64,000 nt of DNA, from the NCBI RefSeq assembly GCF_964204645.1, contig NW_027437444.1, forward strand, positions 53,572 to 117,571. The letters are read 5' to 3'. Origin of the DNA: Tubulanus polymorphus (lineage: Eukaryota; Animalia; Nemertea). The stretch's first letter is position 1. Each line of letters begins with the position of its first letter. The notes below the pieces were generated by a model. It had not been told where the DNA came from. It made no database searches and saw only the letters and a list, made by a program, of their open reading frames with translations. This document shows, piece by piece, positions 11,460 through 26,135 of this stretch. Both the position numbers and the translations under genes were made by a program.

Positions 11460-14400
11460 GTCAGGAAAAGCACATTTCGACCCGAAAACGTCGTTCTCCG
11501 CGAGAAAAGACGTTTTCTCATCACATATTACCCCGTAACTGAAAAATGACAAAGTCGATCCGTAAAAGGGCTCAAATCGTCAGGAAAAGCACATTTCGAC
11601 CCGAAAACGTCGTTCTCCGCGAGAAAAGACGTTTTCTCATCACATTTTCCCCGTATCGGAAAAATGACAAAGTCGATCCGTAAAGGAGCTCATATCGTCA
11701 GGAAAAGCACATTTCGATCCGAAATCGTCGTTGTCCGCGAGAAAAGACGTTATCTCGTAACATTTTCCCCGTATCGGAAAAATGACAAAGTCTATCCGTA
11801 GAAGCGCTCAAATCGTCAGGAAAAGCACATTTCGACCCGAAGACGTCGTTCTCCGCGAGAAAAGACGTTTTCTCATCACATTTTCCCCGTATCGGAAAAA
11901 TGACAAAGTCGATCCGTAAAAGCGTTCAATTCGTCAGTAAAAGCACATTTCGACCCGAAAACGTCGTTCTCCGCGAGAAAAGACGTTTTCTCATCATATT
12001 TTCCCCCTAACTGAAAAATGACAAAGTCGATCCGTAGAGGCGCACAAATCGTCAGGAAAAGCACATTTCGACCCGAAAACGTCGTTCTCCGTGAGAAATG
12101 ACGTTTTCTCATCACATTTTCCCCGTATCGGAAAAATGACAAAGTCGATCCGTAAAAGCGTTCAAATCGTCAGGAAAAGCACATTTCGACCCGAAAACGT
12201 CGTTCTCCGCGAGAAAAGACGTTTTCTCTTCACATATTACCCCGTAACTGAAAAATGACAAAGTCGATCCGTAAAAGGGCTCAAATCGTCAGGAAAAGCT
12301 CATTTCGACCCGAAAACGTCGTTCTCCGCGAGAAAAGACGTTTTCTCATCACATTTTCCCCGTATCGGAAAAATGACAAAGTCGATCCGTAAAAGCATTC
12401 AAATCGTCAGGAAAAGCACATTTCGACCCGAAAACGTCGTTCTCCGAGAGAAAAGACGTTTTCTCATCACATTTTCCCCGTAACTGAAAAATGACAAAGT
12501 CGATCCGTAAAATCGTTCAAATCGTCAGGGAAAGCCCATTTCGACCCGAAAACGTCGTTCTGCGCGAGAAAAGACTTTTTCTCATCACATTTTCCCCGTA
12601 TCGGAAAAATGACAAAGTCGATCCGTAAAAGAGCTCAAATCGTCAGGAAAAGCACATTTCGACCCGAAAACGTCGTTCTCCGCGAGAAAACACGTTTTCT
12701 CAACACATTTTCCCCGTATCGGAAAAATGACGAAGTCGATCCGTAGAGGCGCACAAATCGTCAGGAAAAGCACATTTCGACCCGAAAACGTCGTTCTCCG
12801 CGAGAAATGACGTTTTCTATTCACATTTTCCCCGTATCGGAAAAATGACAAAGTCGATCCGTAAAAGCGTTCAAATCGTCAGGAAAAGCACATTTCGACC
12901 CGAAAACGTCGTTCTCCGCGAGAAAAGACGTTTTCTCATCACATATTACCCCGTAACTGAAAAATGACAAAGTCGATCCGTAAAAGGGCTCAAATCGCCA
13001 GGAAAAGCACATTTCGACCCGAAGACGTCGTTCTCCGCGAGAAAAGACGTTTTCTCATCACATTTTCCCCGTATCGGAAAAATGACAAAGTCGATCCGTA
13101 AAAGCGTTCAATTCGTCAGTAAAAGCACATTTCGACCCGAAAACGTCGTTCTCCGCGAGAAAACACGTTTTCTCATCACATTTTCCCCGTATCGGAAAAA
13201 TGACAAAGTCGATCCGTAAAAGCGTTCAAATCGTCAAAAAAGCACATTTCGACCCGAAAACGTCGTTCTCCGCGAGAAAAGACGTTTTCTCATCACATAT
13301 TACCCCGTAGCTAAAAAATGACAAAGTCGATCCGTAAAAGAGCTCAAATCGTCAGGAAAAGCACATTTCGATCCGAAATCGTCGTTGTCCGCGAGAAAAG
13401 ACGTTTTCTCGTAACATTTTCCCCGTATCGGAAAAATGACAAAGACTATCCGTAGAGGCGCACAAATCGTCAGGAAAAGCACATTTCGACCCGAAAACGT
13501 CGTTCTCCGCGAGAAAAGACGTTTTCTCATCACATATTACCCCGTAACTGAAAAATGACAAAGTCGATCCGTAAAAGGGCTCAAATCGCCAGGAAAAGCA
13601 CATTTCGACCCGAAGACGTCGTTCTCCGCGAGAAAAGACGTTTTCTCATCACATTTTCCCCGTATCGGAAAAATGACAAAGTCGATCCGTAAAAGCGTTC
13701 AATTCGTCAGTAAAAGCACATTTCGACCCGAAAACGTCGTTCTCCGCGAGAAAACACGTTTTCTCATCACATTTTCCCCGTATCGGAAAAATGACAAAGT
13801 CGATCAGTAAAAGCGTTCAAATCGTCAAAAAAGCACATTTCGACCCGAAAACGTCGTTCTCCGCGAGAAAAGACGTTTTCTCATCACATATTACCCCGTA
13901 ACTAAAAAATGACAAAGTCGATCCGTAAAAGAGCTCAAATCGTCAGGAAAAGCACATTTCGACCCGAAAACGTCGTTCTCCGAGAGAAAAGACGTTTTCT
14001 CATCACATTTTCCCCGTAACTGAAAAATGACAAAGTCGATCCGTAAAATAGCTCAAATCGTCAGGAAAAGCACATTTCGATCCGAAATCGTCGTTGTCCG
14101 CGAGAAAAGACGTTTTCTCGTAACATTTTCCCCGTATCGGAAAAATGACAAAGTCTATCCGTAGAAGCGTTCAAATCGTCAGGAAAAGCACATTTCGACC
14201 CGAAAACGTCGTTCTCCGCGAGAAAGACGTTTCCTCATCACATTTCCCCGTATCGGAATAATGACAAATTCGATCCGTAAAATCGTTCAAATCGTCAGGG
14301 AAAGCACATTTCGACCCGAAAACGTCGTTCTGCGCGAGAAAAGACGTTTTCTCATCACATTTTCCCCGTAACTGAAAAATGACAAAGTCGATCCGTAAAA

Positions 14401-17400
14401 TAGCTCAAATCGTCAGGAAAAGCACATTTCGATCCGAAATCGTCGTTTTCCGCGAGAAAAGACGTTTTCTCGTAACATTTTCCCCGTATCGGAAAAATGA
14501 CAAAGTCTATCCGTAGAGGCGCACAAATCGTCAGGAAAAGCACACTTCGACCCGAAAACGTCGTTCTCCGCGAGAAAAGACGTTTCCTCATCACATTTTC
14601 CCCGTATCGGAAAAATGACAAAGTCGATCCGTAAAAGAGCTCAAATCGTCAGGAAAAGCACATTTTGACCCGAAAACGTCGTTCTCCGCGAGAAAAGACG
14701 TTTTCTCATCACATTTTCCCCGTATCGGAAAAATGACAAAGTCGATCCGTAAAAGCGTTCAATTCGTCAGTAAAAGCACATTTCGACCCGAAAACGTCGT
14801 TCTCCGCGAGAAAAGACGTTTTCTCATCACATTTTCCCCGTAACTGAAAAATGACAAAGTCGATCCGTAAAAGAGCTCAAATCGTAAGGAAAAGCACATT
14901 TCGACCCGAAAACGTCGTTCTCCGCGAGAAAAGACGTTTTCTCATCACATTTTCCCCGTATCGGAAAAATGACAAAGTCGATCCGTAAAAGCGTTCAATT
15001 CGTCAGTAAAAGCACATTTCGACCCGAAAACGTCGTTCTCCGCGAGAAAAGACGTTTTCTCATAACATTTTCCCCGTAACTGAAAAATGACAAAGTCGAT
15101 CCGTAAAAGAACTGAAACCGTCAGGAAAAGCACATTTCGACCCGAAAACGTCGTTCTCCGCGAGAAAAGACGTTTTCTCATCACATATTACCCCGTAACT
15201 GAAAAATGACAAAGTCGATCCGTAAAAGGGCTCAAATCGTCAGGAAAAGCACATTTCGACCCGAAAACGTCGTTCTCCGCGAGAAAAGACGTTTTCTCAT
15301 CACATTTTCCCCGTATCGGAAAAATGACAAAGTCGATCCGTAAAGGAGCTCATATCGTCAGGAAAAGCACATTTCGATCCGAAATCGTCGTTGTCCGCGA
15401 GAAAAGACGTTATCTCGTAACATTTTCCCCGTATCGGAAAAATGACAAAGTCTATCCGTAGAAGCGCTCAAATCGTCAGGAAAAGCACATTTCGACCCGA
15501 AGACGTCGTTCTCCGCGAGAAAAGACGTTTTCTCATCACATTTTCCCCGTATCGGAAAAATGACAAAGTCGATCCGTAAAAGCGTTCAATTCGTCAGTAA
15601 AAGCACATTTCGACCCGAAAACGTCGTTCTCCGCGAGAAAAGACGTTTTCTCATCATATTTTCCCCCTAACTGAAAAATGACAAAGTCGATCCGTAGAGG
15701 CGCACAAATCGTCAGGAAAAGCACATTTCGACCCGAAAACGTCGTTCTCCGTGAGAAATGACGTTTTCTCATCACATTTTCCCCGTATCGGAAAAATGAC
15801 AAAGTCGATCCGTAAAAGCGTTCAAATCGTCAGGAAAAGCACATTTCGACCCGAAAACGTCGTTCTCCGCGAGAAAAGACGTTTTCTCTTCACATATTAC
15901 CCCGTAACTGAAAAATGACAAAGTCGATCCGTAAAAGGGCTCAAATCGTCAGGAAAAGCTCATTTCGACCCGAAAACGTCGTTCTCCGCGAGAAAAGACG
16001 TTTTCTCATCACATTTTCCCCGTATCGGAAAAATGACAAAGTCGATCCGTAAAAGCATTCAAATCGTCAGGAAAAGCACATTTCGACCCGAAAACGTCGT
16101 TCTCCGAGAGAAAAGACGTTTTCTCATCACATTTTCCCCGTAACTGAAAAATGACAAAGTCGATCCGTAAAATCGTTCAAATCGTCAGGGAAAGCCCATT
16201 TCGACCCGAAAACGTCGTTCTGCGCGAGAAAAGACTTTTTCTCATCACATTTTCCCCGTATCGGAAAAATGACAAAGTCGATCCGTAAAAGAGCTCAAAT
16301 CGTCAGGAAAAGCACATTTCGACCCGAAAACGTCGTTCTCCGCGAGAAAACACGTTTTCTCAACACATTTTCCCCGTATCGGAAAAATGACGAAGTCGAT
16401 CCGTAGAGGCGCACAAATCGTCAGGAAAAGCACATTTCGACCCGAAAACGTCGTTCTCCGCGAGAAATGACGTTTTCTATTCACATTTTCCCCGTATCGG
16501 AAAAATGACAAAGTCGATCCGTAAAAGCGTTCAAATCGTCAGGAAAAGCACATTTCGACCCGAAAACGTCGTTCTCCGCGAGAAAAGACGTTTTCTCATC
16601 ACATATTACCCCGTAACTGAAAAATGACAAAGTCGATCCGTAAAAGGGCTCAAATCGCCAGGAAAAGCACATTTCGACCCGAAGACGTCGTTCTCCGCGA
16701 GAAAAGACGTTTTCTCATCACATTTTCCCCGTATCGGAAAAATGACAAAGTCGATCCGTAAAAGCGTTCAATTCGTCAGTAAAAGCACATTTCGACCCGA
16801 AAACGTCGTTCTCCGCGAGAAAACACGTTTTCTCATCACATTTTCCCCGTATCGGAAAAATGACAAAGTCGATCCGTAAAAGCGTTCAAATCGTCAAAAA
16901 AGCACATTTCGACCCGAAAACGTCGTTCTCCGCGAGAAAAGACGTTTTCTCATCACATATTACCCCGTAGCTAAAAAATGACAAAGTCGATCCGTAAAAG
17001 AGCTCAAATCGTCAGGAAAAGCACATTTCGATCCGAAATCGTCGTTGTCCGCGAGAAAAGACGTTTTCTCGTAACATTTTCCCCGTATCGGAAAAATGAC
17101 AAAGACTATCCGTAGAGGCGCACAAATCGTCAGGAAAAGCACATTTCGACCCGAAAACGTCGTTCTCCGCGAGAAAAGACGTTTTCTCATCACATATTAC
17201 CCCGTAACTGAAAAATGACAAAGTCGATCCGTAAAAGGGCTCAAATCGCCAGGAAAAGCACATTTCGACCCGAAGACGTCGTTCTCCGCGAGAAAAGACG
17301 TTTTCTCATCACATTTTCCCCGTATCGGAAAAATGACAAAGTCGATCCGTAAAAGCGTTCAATTCGTCAGTAAAAGCACATTTCGACCCGAAAACGTCGT

Positions 17401-18845
17401 TCTCCGCGAGAAAACACGTTTTCTCATCACATTTTCCCCGTATCGGAAAAATGACAAAGTCGATCAGTAAAAGCGTTCAAATCGTCAAAAAAGCACATTT
17501 CGACCCGAAAACGTCGTTCTCCGCGAGAAAAGACGTTTTCTCATCACATATTACCCCGTAACTAAAAAATGACAAAGTCGATCCGTAAAAGAGCTCAAAT
17601 CGTCAGGAAAAGCACATTTCGACCCGAAAACGTCGTTCTCCGAGAGAAAAGACGTTTTCTCATCACATTTTCCCCGTAACTGAAAAATGACAAAGTCGAT
17701 CCGTAAAATAGCTCAAATCGTCAGGAAAAGCACATTTCGATCCGAAATCGTCGTTGTCCGCGAGAAAAGACGTTTTCTCGTAACATTTTCCCCGTATCGG
17801 AAAAATGACAAAGTCTATCCGTAGAAGCGTTCAAATCGTCAGGAAAAGCACATTTCGACCCGAAAACGTCGTTCTCCGCGAGAAAGACGTTTCCTCATCA
17901 CATTTCCCCGTATCGGAATAATGACAAATTCGATCCGTAAAATCGTTCAAATCGTCAGGGAAAGCACATTTCGACCCGAAAACGTCGTTCTGCGCGAGAA
18001 AAGACGTTTTCTCATCACATTTTCCCCGTAACTGAAAAATGACAAAGTCGATCCGTAAAATAGCTCAAATCGTCAGGAAAAGCACATTTCGATCCGAAAT
18101 CGTCGTTTTCCGCGAGAAAAGACGTTTTCTCGTAACATTTTCCCCGTATCGGAAAAATGACAAAGTCTATCCGTAGAGGCGCACAAATCGTCAGGAAAAG
18201 CACACTTCGACCCGAAAACGTCGTTCTCCGCGAGAAAAGACGTTTCCTCATCACATTTTCCCCGTATCGGAAAAATGACAAAGTCGATCCGTAAAAGAGC
18301 TCAAATCGTCAGGAAAAGCACATTTTGACCCGAAAACGTCGTTCTCCGCGAGAAAAGACGTTTTCTCATCACATTTTCCCCGTATCGGAAAAATGACAAA
18401 GTCGATCCGTAAAAGCGTTCAATTCGTCAGTAAAAGCACATTTCGACCCGAAAACGTCGTTCTCCGCGAGAAAAGACGTTTTCTCATCACATTTTCCCCG
18501 TAACTGAAAAATGACAAAGTCGATCCGTAAAAGAGCTCAAATCGTAAGGAAAAGCACATTTCGACCCGAAAACGTCGTTCTCCGCGAGAAAAGACGTTTT
18601 CTCATCACATTTTCCCCGTATCGGAAAAATGACAAAGTCGATCCGTAAAAGCGTTCAATTCGTCAGTAAAAGCACATTTCGACCCGAAAACGTCGTTCTC
18701 CGCGAGAAAAGACGTTTTCTCATAACATTTTCCCCGTAACTGAAAAATGACAAAGTCGATCCGTAAAAGAACTGAAACCGTCAGGAAAAGCACATTTCGA
18801 CCCGAAAACGTCGTTCTCCGCGAGAAAAGACGTTTTCTCATCACA
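11460..18845 (+). repeat. Tandem duplication of a 3660-bp (31-monomer) higher-order unit
   Basis: Printed lines from 11461 match those from 15121. Track ORFs pair at exactly +3660 (11876/15536, 12585/16245, 13300/16960, 14355/18015, 14945/18605). Confidence 0.95.
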
Positions 18846-20089
18846 TTTCCCCGTATCGGAAAAATGACAAAGTCGATCCGTAAAATAGCTCAAATCGTCA
18901 GGAAAAGCACATTTCGATCCGAAATCGTCGTTGTCCGCGAGAAAAAACGTTTTCTCGTTACATTTTCCCCGTATCGGAAAAATGACAAAGTCTATCCGTA
19001 GAAGCGTTCAAATCGTCAGGAAAAGCACATTTCGACCCGAAAACGTCGTTCTCCGCGAGAAAAGACGTTTTCTCATCACATTTCCCCGTATCGGAAAAAT
19101 GACAAAGTCGATCCGTAAAATCGTTCAAATCGTCAGGGAAAGCACATTTCGACCCGAAAACGTCGTTCTGCGCGAGAAAAGACTTTTTCTCATCACATTT
19201 TCCCCGTATCGGAAAAATGACAAAGTCGATCCGTAAAAGAGCTCAAATCGTCAGGAAAAGCACATTTCGACCCGAAAACGTCGTTCTACGCGAGAAAACA
19301 CGTTTTCTCAACACATTTTCCCCGTATCGGAAAAATGACGAACTCGATCCGTAAAAGCGTTCAAATCGTCAGGAAAAGCACATTTCGACCCGAAAACGTC
19401 GTTTTCCGCGAGAAAAGACGTTTTCTCATCACATTTTCCCCGTATCGGAAAAATGACAAAGTCGATCCGTAAAAGCGTTCTAATCGTCAAAAAAGCACAT
19501 TTCGACCCGAAAACGTCGTTCTCCGCGAGAAAAGACGTTTTCTCATCACATCTTACCCCGTAACTGAAAAATGACAAAGTCGATCCGTAAAACAACTCAA
19601 ATCGTCAGGAAAAGCACATTTCGATCCGAAATCGTCGTTGTCCGCGAGAAAAGACGTTTTCTCGTAACATTTTCCCCGTATCGGAAAAATGAAAAAGTCG
19701 ATCCGTAAAAGAGCCCATATCGCCAGGAAAACAAATTTCGACCCGAAAACGTCGTTCTTCGCGAGAAAAGACGTTTTCTCATCACATTTTCCCCGTATCG
19801 GAAAAATGACAAAGTCGATCCGTAAAAGCGATCAAATCGTCAGGAAAAGCACATTTCGACTCGAAAACGTCGTTGTCCGCGAGAAATACGTTTTCTCATC
19901 ACATTTTCCCCGTATCGGAAAAATGACAAAGTCGATCCGTAAAAGCGTTCAATTCGTCAGTAAAAGCACATTTCGACCCGAAAACGTCGTTCTCCGCGAG
20001 AAAAGACGTTTTCTCATCACATTTTCCCCGTAACTGAAAAATGACAAAGTCCATCCGTAAAAGAGCTCAAATCGTCAGGAAAAGCACAT

Positions 20090-23000
20090 TTCGACCCGAA
20101 AACGTCGTTCTATGCGAGTAAAGACGTTTTCTCATCACATTTCCCCGTATCGGAAAAATGACAAAGTCGATCCGTAAAATAGCTCAAATCGTCAGGAAAA
20201 GCACATTTCGACCCGAAAACGTCGTTCTCCGCGAGAAAAGACGTTTTCTCATCACATTTTCCCCGTATCGGAAAAATGACAAAGTCGATCCGTAAAAGCG
20301 TTCAATTCGTCAGTAAAAGCACATTTCGACCCGAAAACGTCGTTCTCCGCGAGAAAAGACGTTTTCTCATAACATTTTCCCCGTAACTGAAAAATGACAA
20401 AGTCGATCCGTAAAAGAGCTCAAACCGTCAGGAAAAGCACATTTCGACCCGAAAACGTCGTTCTCCGCGAGAAAAGACGTTTTCTCATCATATTTTCCCC
20501 GTAACTGAAAAATGACAAAGTCGATCCGTAAAATAGCTCAAATCGTCAGGAAAAGCACATTTCGATCCGAAATCGTCGTTGTCCGCGAGAAAAAACGTTT
20601 TCTCGTAACATTTTCCCCGTATCGGAAAAATGACAAAGTCTATCCGTAGAAGCGTTCAAATCGTCAGGAATAGCACATTTCGACCCGAAAACGTCGTTCT
20701 CCGAGAGAAAAGACGTTTTCTCATCACATTTTCCCCGTAACTGAAAAATGACAAAGTCGATCCGTAAGATAGCTCAAATCGTCAGGAAAAGCACATTTCG
20801 ATCCGAAATCGTCGTTGTCCGCGAGAAAAAACGTTTTCTCGTAACATTTTCCCCGTATCGGAAAAATGTCAAAGTCTATCCGTAGAAGCGTTCAAATCGT
20901 CAGGAAAAGCACATTTCGACCCGAAAACGTCGTTCTCCGCGAGAAAAGACGTTTCCTCATCACATTTCCCCGTATCGGAAAAATGACAAAGTCGATCCGT
21001 AAAATCGTTCAAATCGTCAGGGAAAGCACATTTCGACCCGAAAACGTCGTTCTGCGCGAGAAAAGACTTTTTCTCATCACATTTTCCCCGTATCGGAAAA
21101 ATGACATAGTCGATCCGTAAAAGAGCTCAAATCGTCAGGAAAAGCACATTTCGACCCGAAAACGTCGTTCTCCGCGAGAAAACACGTTTTCTCAACACAT
21201 TTTCCCCGTATCGGAAAAATGACGAAGTCGATCCGTAGAGGCGCACAAATCGTCAGGAAAAGCACATTTCGACCCGAAAACGTCGTTCTCCGTGAGAAAT
21301 GACGTTTTCTCATCACATTTTCCCCGTATCGGAAAAATGACAAAGTCGATCCGTAAAAGCGTTCAAATCGTCAGGAAAAGCACATTTCGACCCGAAAACG
21401 TCGTTCTCCGCGAGAAAAGACGTTTTCTCATCACATATTACCCCGTAACTGAAAAATGACAAAGTCGATCCGTAAAAGGGCTCAAATCGTCAGGAAAAGC
21501 ACATTTCGACCCGAAAACGTCGTTCTCCGCGAGAAAAGACGTTTTCTCATCACATTTTCCCCGTATCGGAAAAATGACAAAGTCGATCCGTAAAGGAGCT
21601 CATATCGTCAGGAAAAGCACATTTCGATCCGAAATCGTCGTTGTCCGCGAGAAAAGACGTTATCTCGTAACATTTTCCCCGTATCGGAAAAATGACAAAG
21701 TCTATCCGTAGAAACCGCTCAAATCGTCAGGAAAAGCACATTTCGACCCGAAGACGTCGTTCTCCGCGAGAAAAGACGTTTTCTCATCACATTTTCCCCG
21801 TATCGGAAAAATGACAAAGTCGATCCGTAAAAGCGTTCAATTCGTCAGTAAAAGCACATTTCGACCCGAAAACGTCGTTCTCCGCGAGAAAAGACGTTTT
21901 CTCATCATATTTTCCCCCTAACTGAAAAATGACAAAGTCGATCCGTAAAAGAGCTCAAATCGTCAGGAAAAGCACATTTCGACCCGAAGACGTCGTTCTC
22001 CGCGAGAAAAGACGTTTTCTCATCACATTTTCCCCGTAACTGAAAAATGACAAAGTCGATCCGTAAAATAGCTCAAATCGTCAGGAAAAGCACATTTCGA
22101 TCCGAAATCGTCGTTTTCCGCGAGAAAAGACGTTTTCTCGTAACATTTTCCCCGTATCGGAAAAATGACAAAGTCTATCCGTAGAGGCGCACAAATCGTC
22201 AGGAAAAGCACACTTCGACCCGAAAACGTCGTTCTCCGCGAGAAAAGACGTTTCCTCATCACATTTTCCCCGTATCGGAAAAATGACAAAGTCGATCCGT
22301 AAAAGAGCTCAAATCGTCAGGAAAAGCACATTTTGACCCGAAAACGTCGTTCTCCGCGAGAAAAGACGTTTTCTCATCACATTTTCCCCGTATCGGAAAA
22401 ATGACAAAGTCGATCCGTAAAAGCGTTCAATTCGTCAGTAAAAGCACATTTCGACCCGAAAACGTCGTTCTCCGCGAGAAAAGACGTTTTCTCATCACAT
22501 TTTCCCCGTAACTGAAAAATGACAAAGTCGATCCGTAAAAGAGCTCAAATCGTAAGGAAAAGCACATTTCGATCCGAAATCGTCGTTGTCCGCGAGAAAA
22601 AAACGTTTTCTCGTAACATTTTCCCCGTATCGGAAAAATGACAAAGTCTATCCGTAGAAGCGTTCAAATCGTCAGGAAAAGCACATTTCGACCCGAAAAC
22701 GTCGTTCTCCGCGAGAAAAGACGTTTCCTCATCACATTTCCCCGTTTCGGAAAAATGACAAAGTCGATCCGTAAAATCGTTCAAATCGTCAGGGAAAGCA
22801 CATTTCGACCCGAAAACGTCGTTCTGCGCGAGAAAAGACTTTTTCTCATCACATTTTTCCCGTATCGGAAAAATGACAAAGTCGATCCGTAAAAGAGCTC
22901 AAATCGTCAGGAAAAGCACATTTCGACCCGAAAACGTCGTTCTCCGCGAGAAAACACGTTTTCTCAACACATTTTCCCCGTATCGGAAAAATGACGAAGT

Positions 23001-26000
23001 CGATCCGTAGAGGCGCACAAATCGTCAGGAAAAGCACATTTCGACCCGAAAACGTCGTTCTCCGTGAGAAATGAGGTTTCCTCATCACATTTCCCCGTAT
23101 CGGAAAAATGACAAAGTCGATCCGTAAAATCGTTCAAATCGTCAGGGAAAGCACATTTCGACCCGAAAACGTCGTTCTATGCGAGTAAAGACGTTTTCTC
23201 ATCACATTTCCCCGTATCGGAAAAATGACAAAGTCGATCCGTAAAATAGCTCAAATCGTCAGGAAAAGCACATTTCGACCCGAAAACGTCGTTCTCCGCG
23301 AGAAAAGACGTTTTCTCATCACATTTTCCCCGTATCGGAAAAATGACAAAGTCGATCCGTAAAAGCGTTCAATTCGTCAGTAAAAGCACATTTCGACCCG
23401 AAAACGTCGTTCTCCGCGAGAAAAGACGTTTTCTCATAACATTTTCCCCGTAACTGAAAAATGACAAAGTCGATCCGTAAAAGAGCTCAAACCGTCAGGA
23501 AAAGCACATTTCGACCCGAAAACGTCGTTCTCCGCGAGAAAAGACGTTTTCTCATCATATTTTCCCCGTAACTGAAAAATGACAAAGTCGATCCGTAAAA
23601 TAGCTCAAATCGTCAGGAAAAGCACATTTCGATCCGAAATCGTCGTTGTCCGCGAGAAAAAACGTTTTCTCGTAACATTTTCCCCGTATCGGAAAAATGA
23701 CAAAGTCTATCCGTAGAAGCGTTCAAATCGTCAGGAATAGCACATTTCGACCCGAAAACGTCGTTCTCCGAGAGAAAAGACGTTTTCTCATCACATTTTC
23801 CCCGTAACTGAAAAATGACAAAGTCGATCCGTAAGATAGCTCAAATCGTCAGGAAAAGCACATTTCGATCCGAAATCGTCGTTGTCCGCGAGAAAAAACG
23901 TTTTCTCGTAACATTTTCCCCGTATCGGAAAAATGTCAAAGTCTATCCGTAGAAGCGTTCAAATCGTCAGGAAAAGCACATTTCGACCCGAAAACGTCGT
24001 TCTCCGCGAGAAAAGACGTTTCCTCATCACATTTCCCCGTATCGGAAAAATGACAAAGTCGATCCGTAAAATCGTTCAAATCGTCAGGGAAAGCACATTT
24101 CGACCCGAAAACGTCGTTCTGCGCGAGAAAAGACTTTTTCTCATCACATTTTCCCCGTATCGGAAAAATGACATAGTCGATCCGTAAAAGAGCTCAAATC
24201 GTCAGGAAAAGCACATTTCGACCCGAAAACGTCGTTCTCCGCGAGAAAACACGTTTTCTCAACACATTTTCCCCGTATCGGAAAAATGACGAAGTCGATC
24301 CGTAGAGGCGCACAAATCGTCAGGAAAAGCACATTTCGACCCGAAAACGTCGTTCTCCGTGAGAAATGACGTTTTCTCATCACATTTTCCCCGTATCGGA
24401 AAAATGACAAAGTCGATCCGTAAAAGCGTTCAAATCGTCAGGAAAAGCACATTTCGACCCGAAAACGTCGTTCTCCGCGAGAAAAGACGTTTTCTCATCA
24501 CATATTACCCCGTAACTGAAAAATGACAAAGTCGATCCGTAAAAGGGCTCAAATCGTCAGGAAAAGCACATTTCGACCCGAAAACGTCGTTCTCCGCGAG
24601 AAAAGACGTTTTCTCATCACATTTTCCCCGTATCGGAAAATGACAAAGTCGATCCGTAAAGGAGCTCATATCGTCAGGAAAAGCACATTTCGATCCGAAA
24701 TCGTCGTTGTCCGCGAGAAAAGACGTTATCTCGTAACATTTTCCCCGTATCGGAAAAATGACAAAGTCTATCCGTAGAAGCGCTCAAATCGTCAGGAAAA
24801 GCACATTTCGACCCGAAGACGTCGTTCTCCGCGAGAAAAGACGTTTTCTCATCACATTTTCCCCGTATCGGAAAAATGACAAAGTCGATCCGTAAAAGCG
24901 TTCAATTCGTCAGTAAAAGCACATTTCGACCCGAAAACGTCGTTCTCCGCGAGAAAAGACGTTTTCTCATCATATTTTCCCCCTAACTGAAAAATGACAA
25001 AGTCGATCCGTAAAAGAGCTCAAATCGTCAGGAAAAGCACATTTCGACCCGAAGACGTCGTTCTCCGCGAGAAAAGACGTTTTCTCATCACATTTTCCCC
25101 GTAACTGAAAAATGACAAAGTCGATCCGTAAAATAGCTCAAATCGTCAGGAAAAGCACATTTCGATCCGAAATCGTCGTTTTCCGCGAGAAAAGACGTTT
25201 TCTCGTAACATTTTCCCCGTATCGGAAAAATGACAAAGTCTATCCGTAGAGGCGCACAAATCGTCAGGAAAAGCACACTTCGACCCGAAAACGTCGTTCT
25301 CCGCGAGAAAAGACGTTTCCTCATCACATTTTCCCCGTATCGGAAAAATGACAAAGTCGATCCGTAAAAGAGCTCAAATCGTCAGGAAAAGCACATTTTG
25401 ACCCGAAAACGTCGTTCTCCGCGAGAAAAGACGTTTTCTCATCACATTTTCCCCGTATCGGAAAAATGACAAAGTCGATCCGTAAAAGCGTTCAATTCGT
25501 CAGTAAAAGCACATTTCGACCCGAAAACGTCGTTCTCCGCGAGAAAAGACGTTTTCTCATCACATTTTCCCCGTAACTGAAAAATGACAAAGTCGATCCG
25601 TAAAAGAGCTCAAATCGTAAGGAAAAGCACATTTCGATCCGAAATCGTCGTTGTCCGCGAGAAAAAAACGTTTTCTCGTAACATTTTCCCCGTATCGGAA
25701 AAATGACAAAGTCTATCCGTAGAAGCGTTCAAATCGTCAGGAAAAGCACATTTCGACCCGAAAACGTCGTTCTCCGCGAGAAAAGACGTTTCCTCATCAC
25801 ATTTCCCCGTATCGGAAAAATGACAAAGTCGATCCGTAAAATCGTTCAAATCGTCAGGGAAAGCACATTTCGACCCGAAAACGTCGTTCTGCGCGAGAAA
25901 AGACTTTTTCTCATCACATTTTCCCCGTATCGGAAAAATGACAAAGTCGATCCGTAAAAGAGCTCAAATCGTCAGGAAAAGCACATTTCGACCCGAAAAC

Positions 26001-26135
26001 GTCGTTCTCCGCGAGAAAACACGTTTTCTCAACACATTTTCCCCGTATCGGAAAAATGACGAAGTCGATCCGTAGAGGCGCACAAATCGTCAGGAAAAGC
26101 ACATTTCGACCCGAAAACGTCGTTCTCCGTGAGAA
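20090..26135 (+). repeat. Two tandem copies of a ~3067-bp (26-monomer) HOR, also present at 1-~4150
   Basis: Rare markers (ATGTCAAAG, GGAATAGCAC, TTCTATGCGAGTA, GACATAGTC) recur at +3065 to +3067 (20866/23933, 470/3535) and at about +20396 from the window start. Confidence 0.9.
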
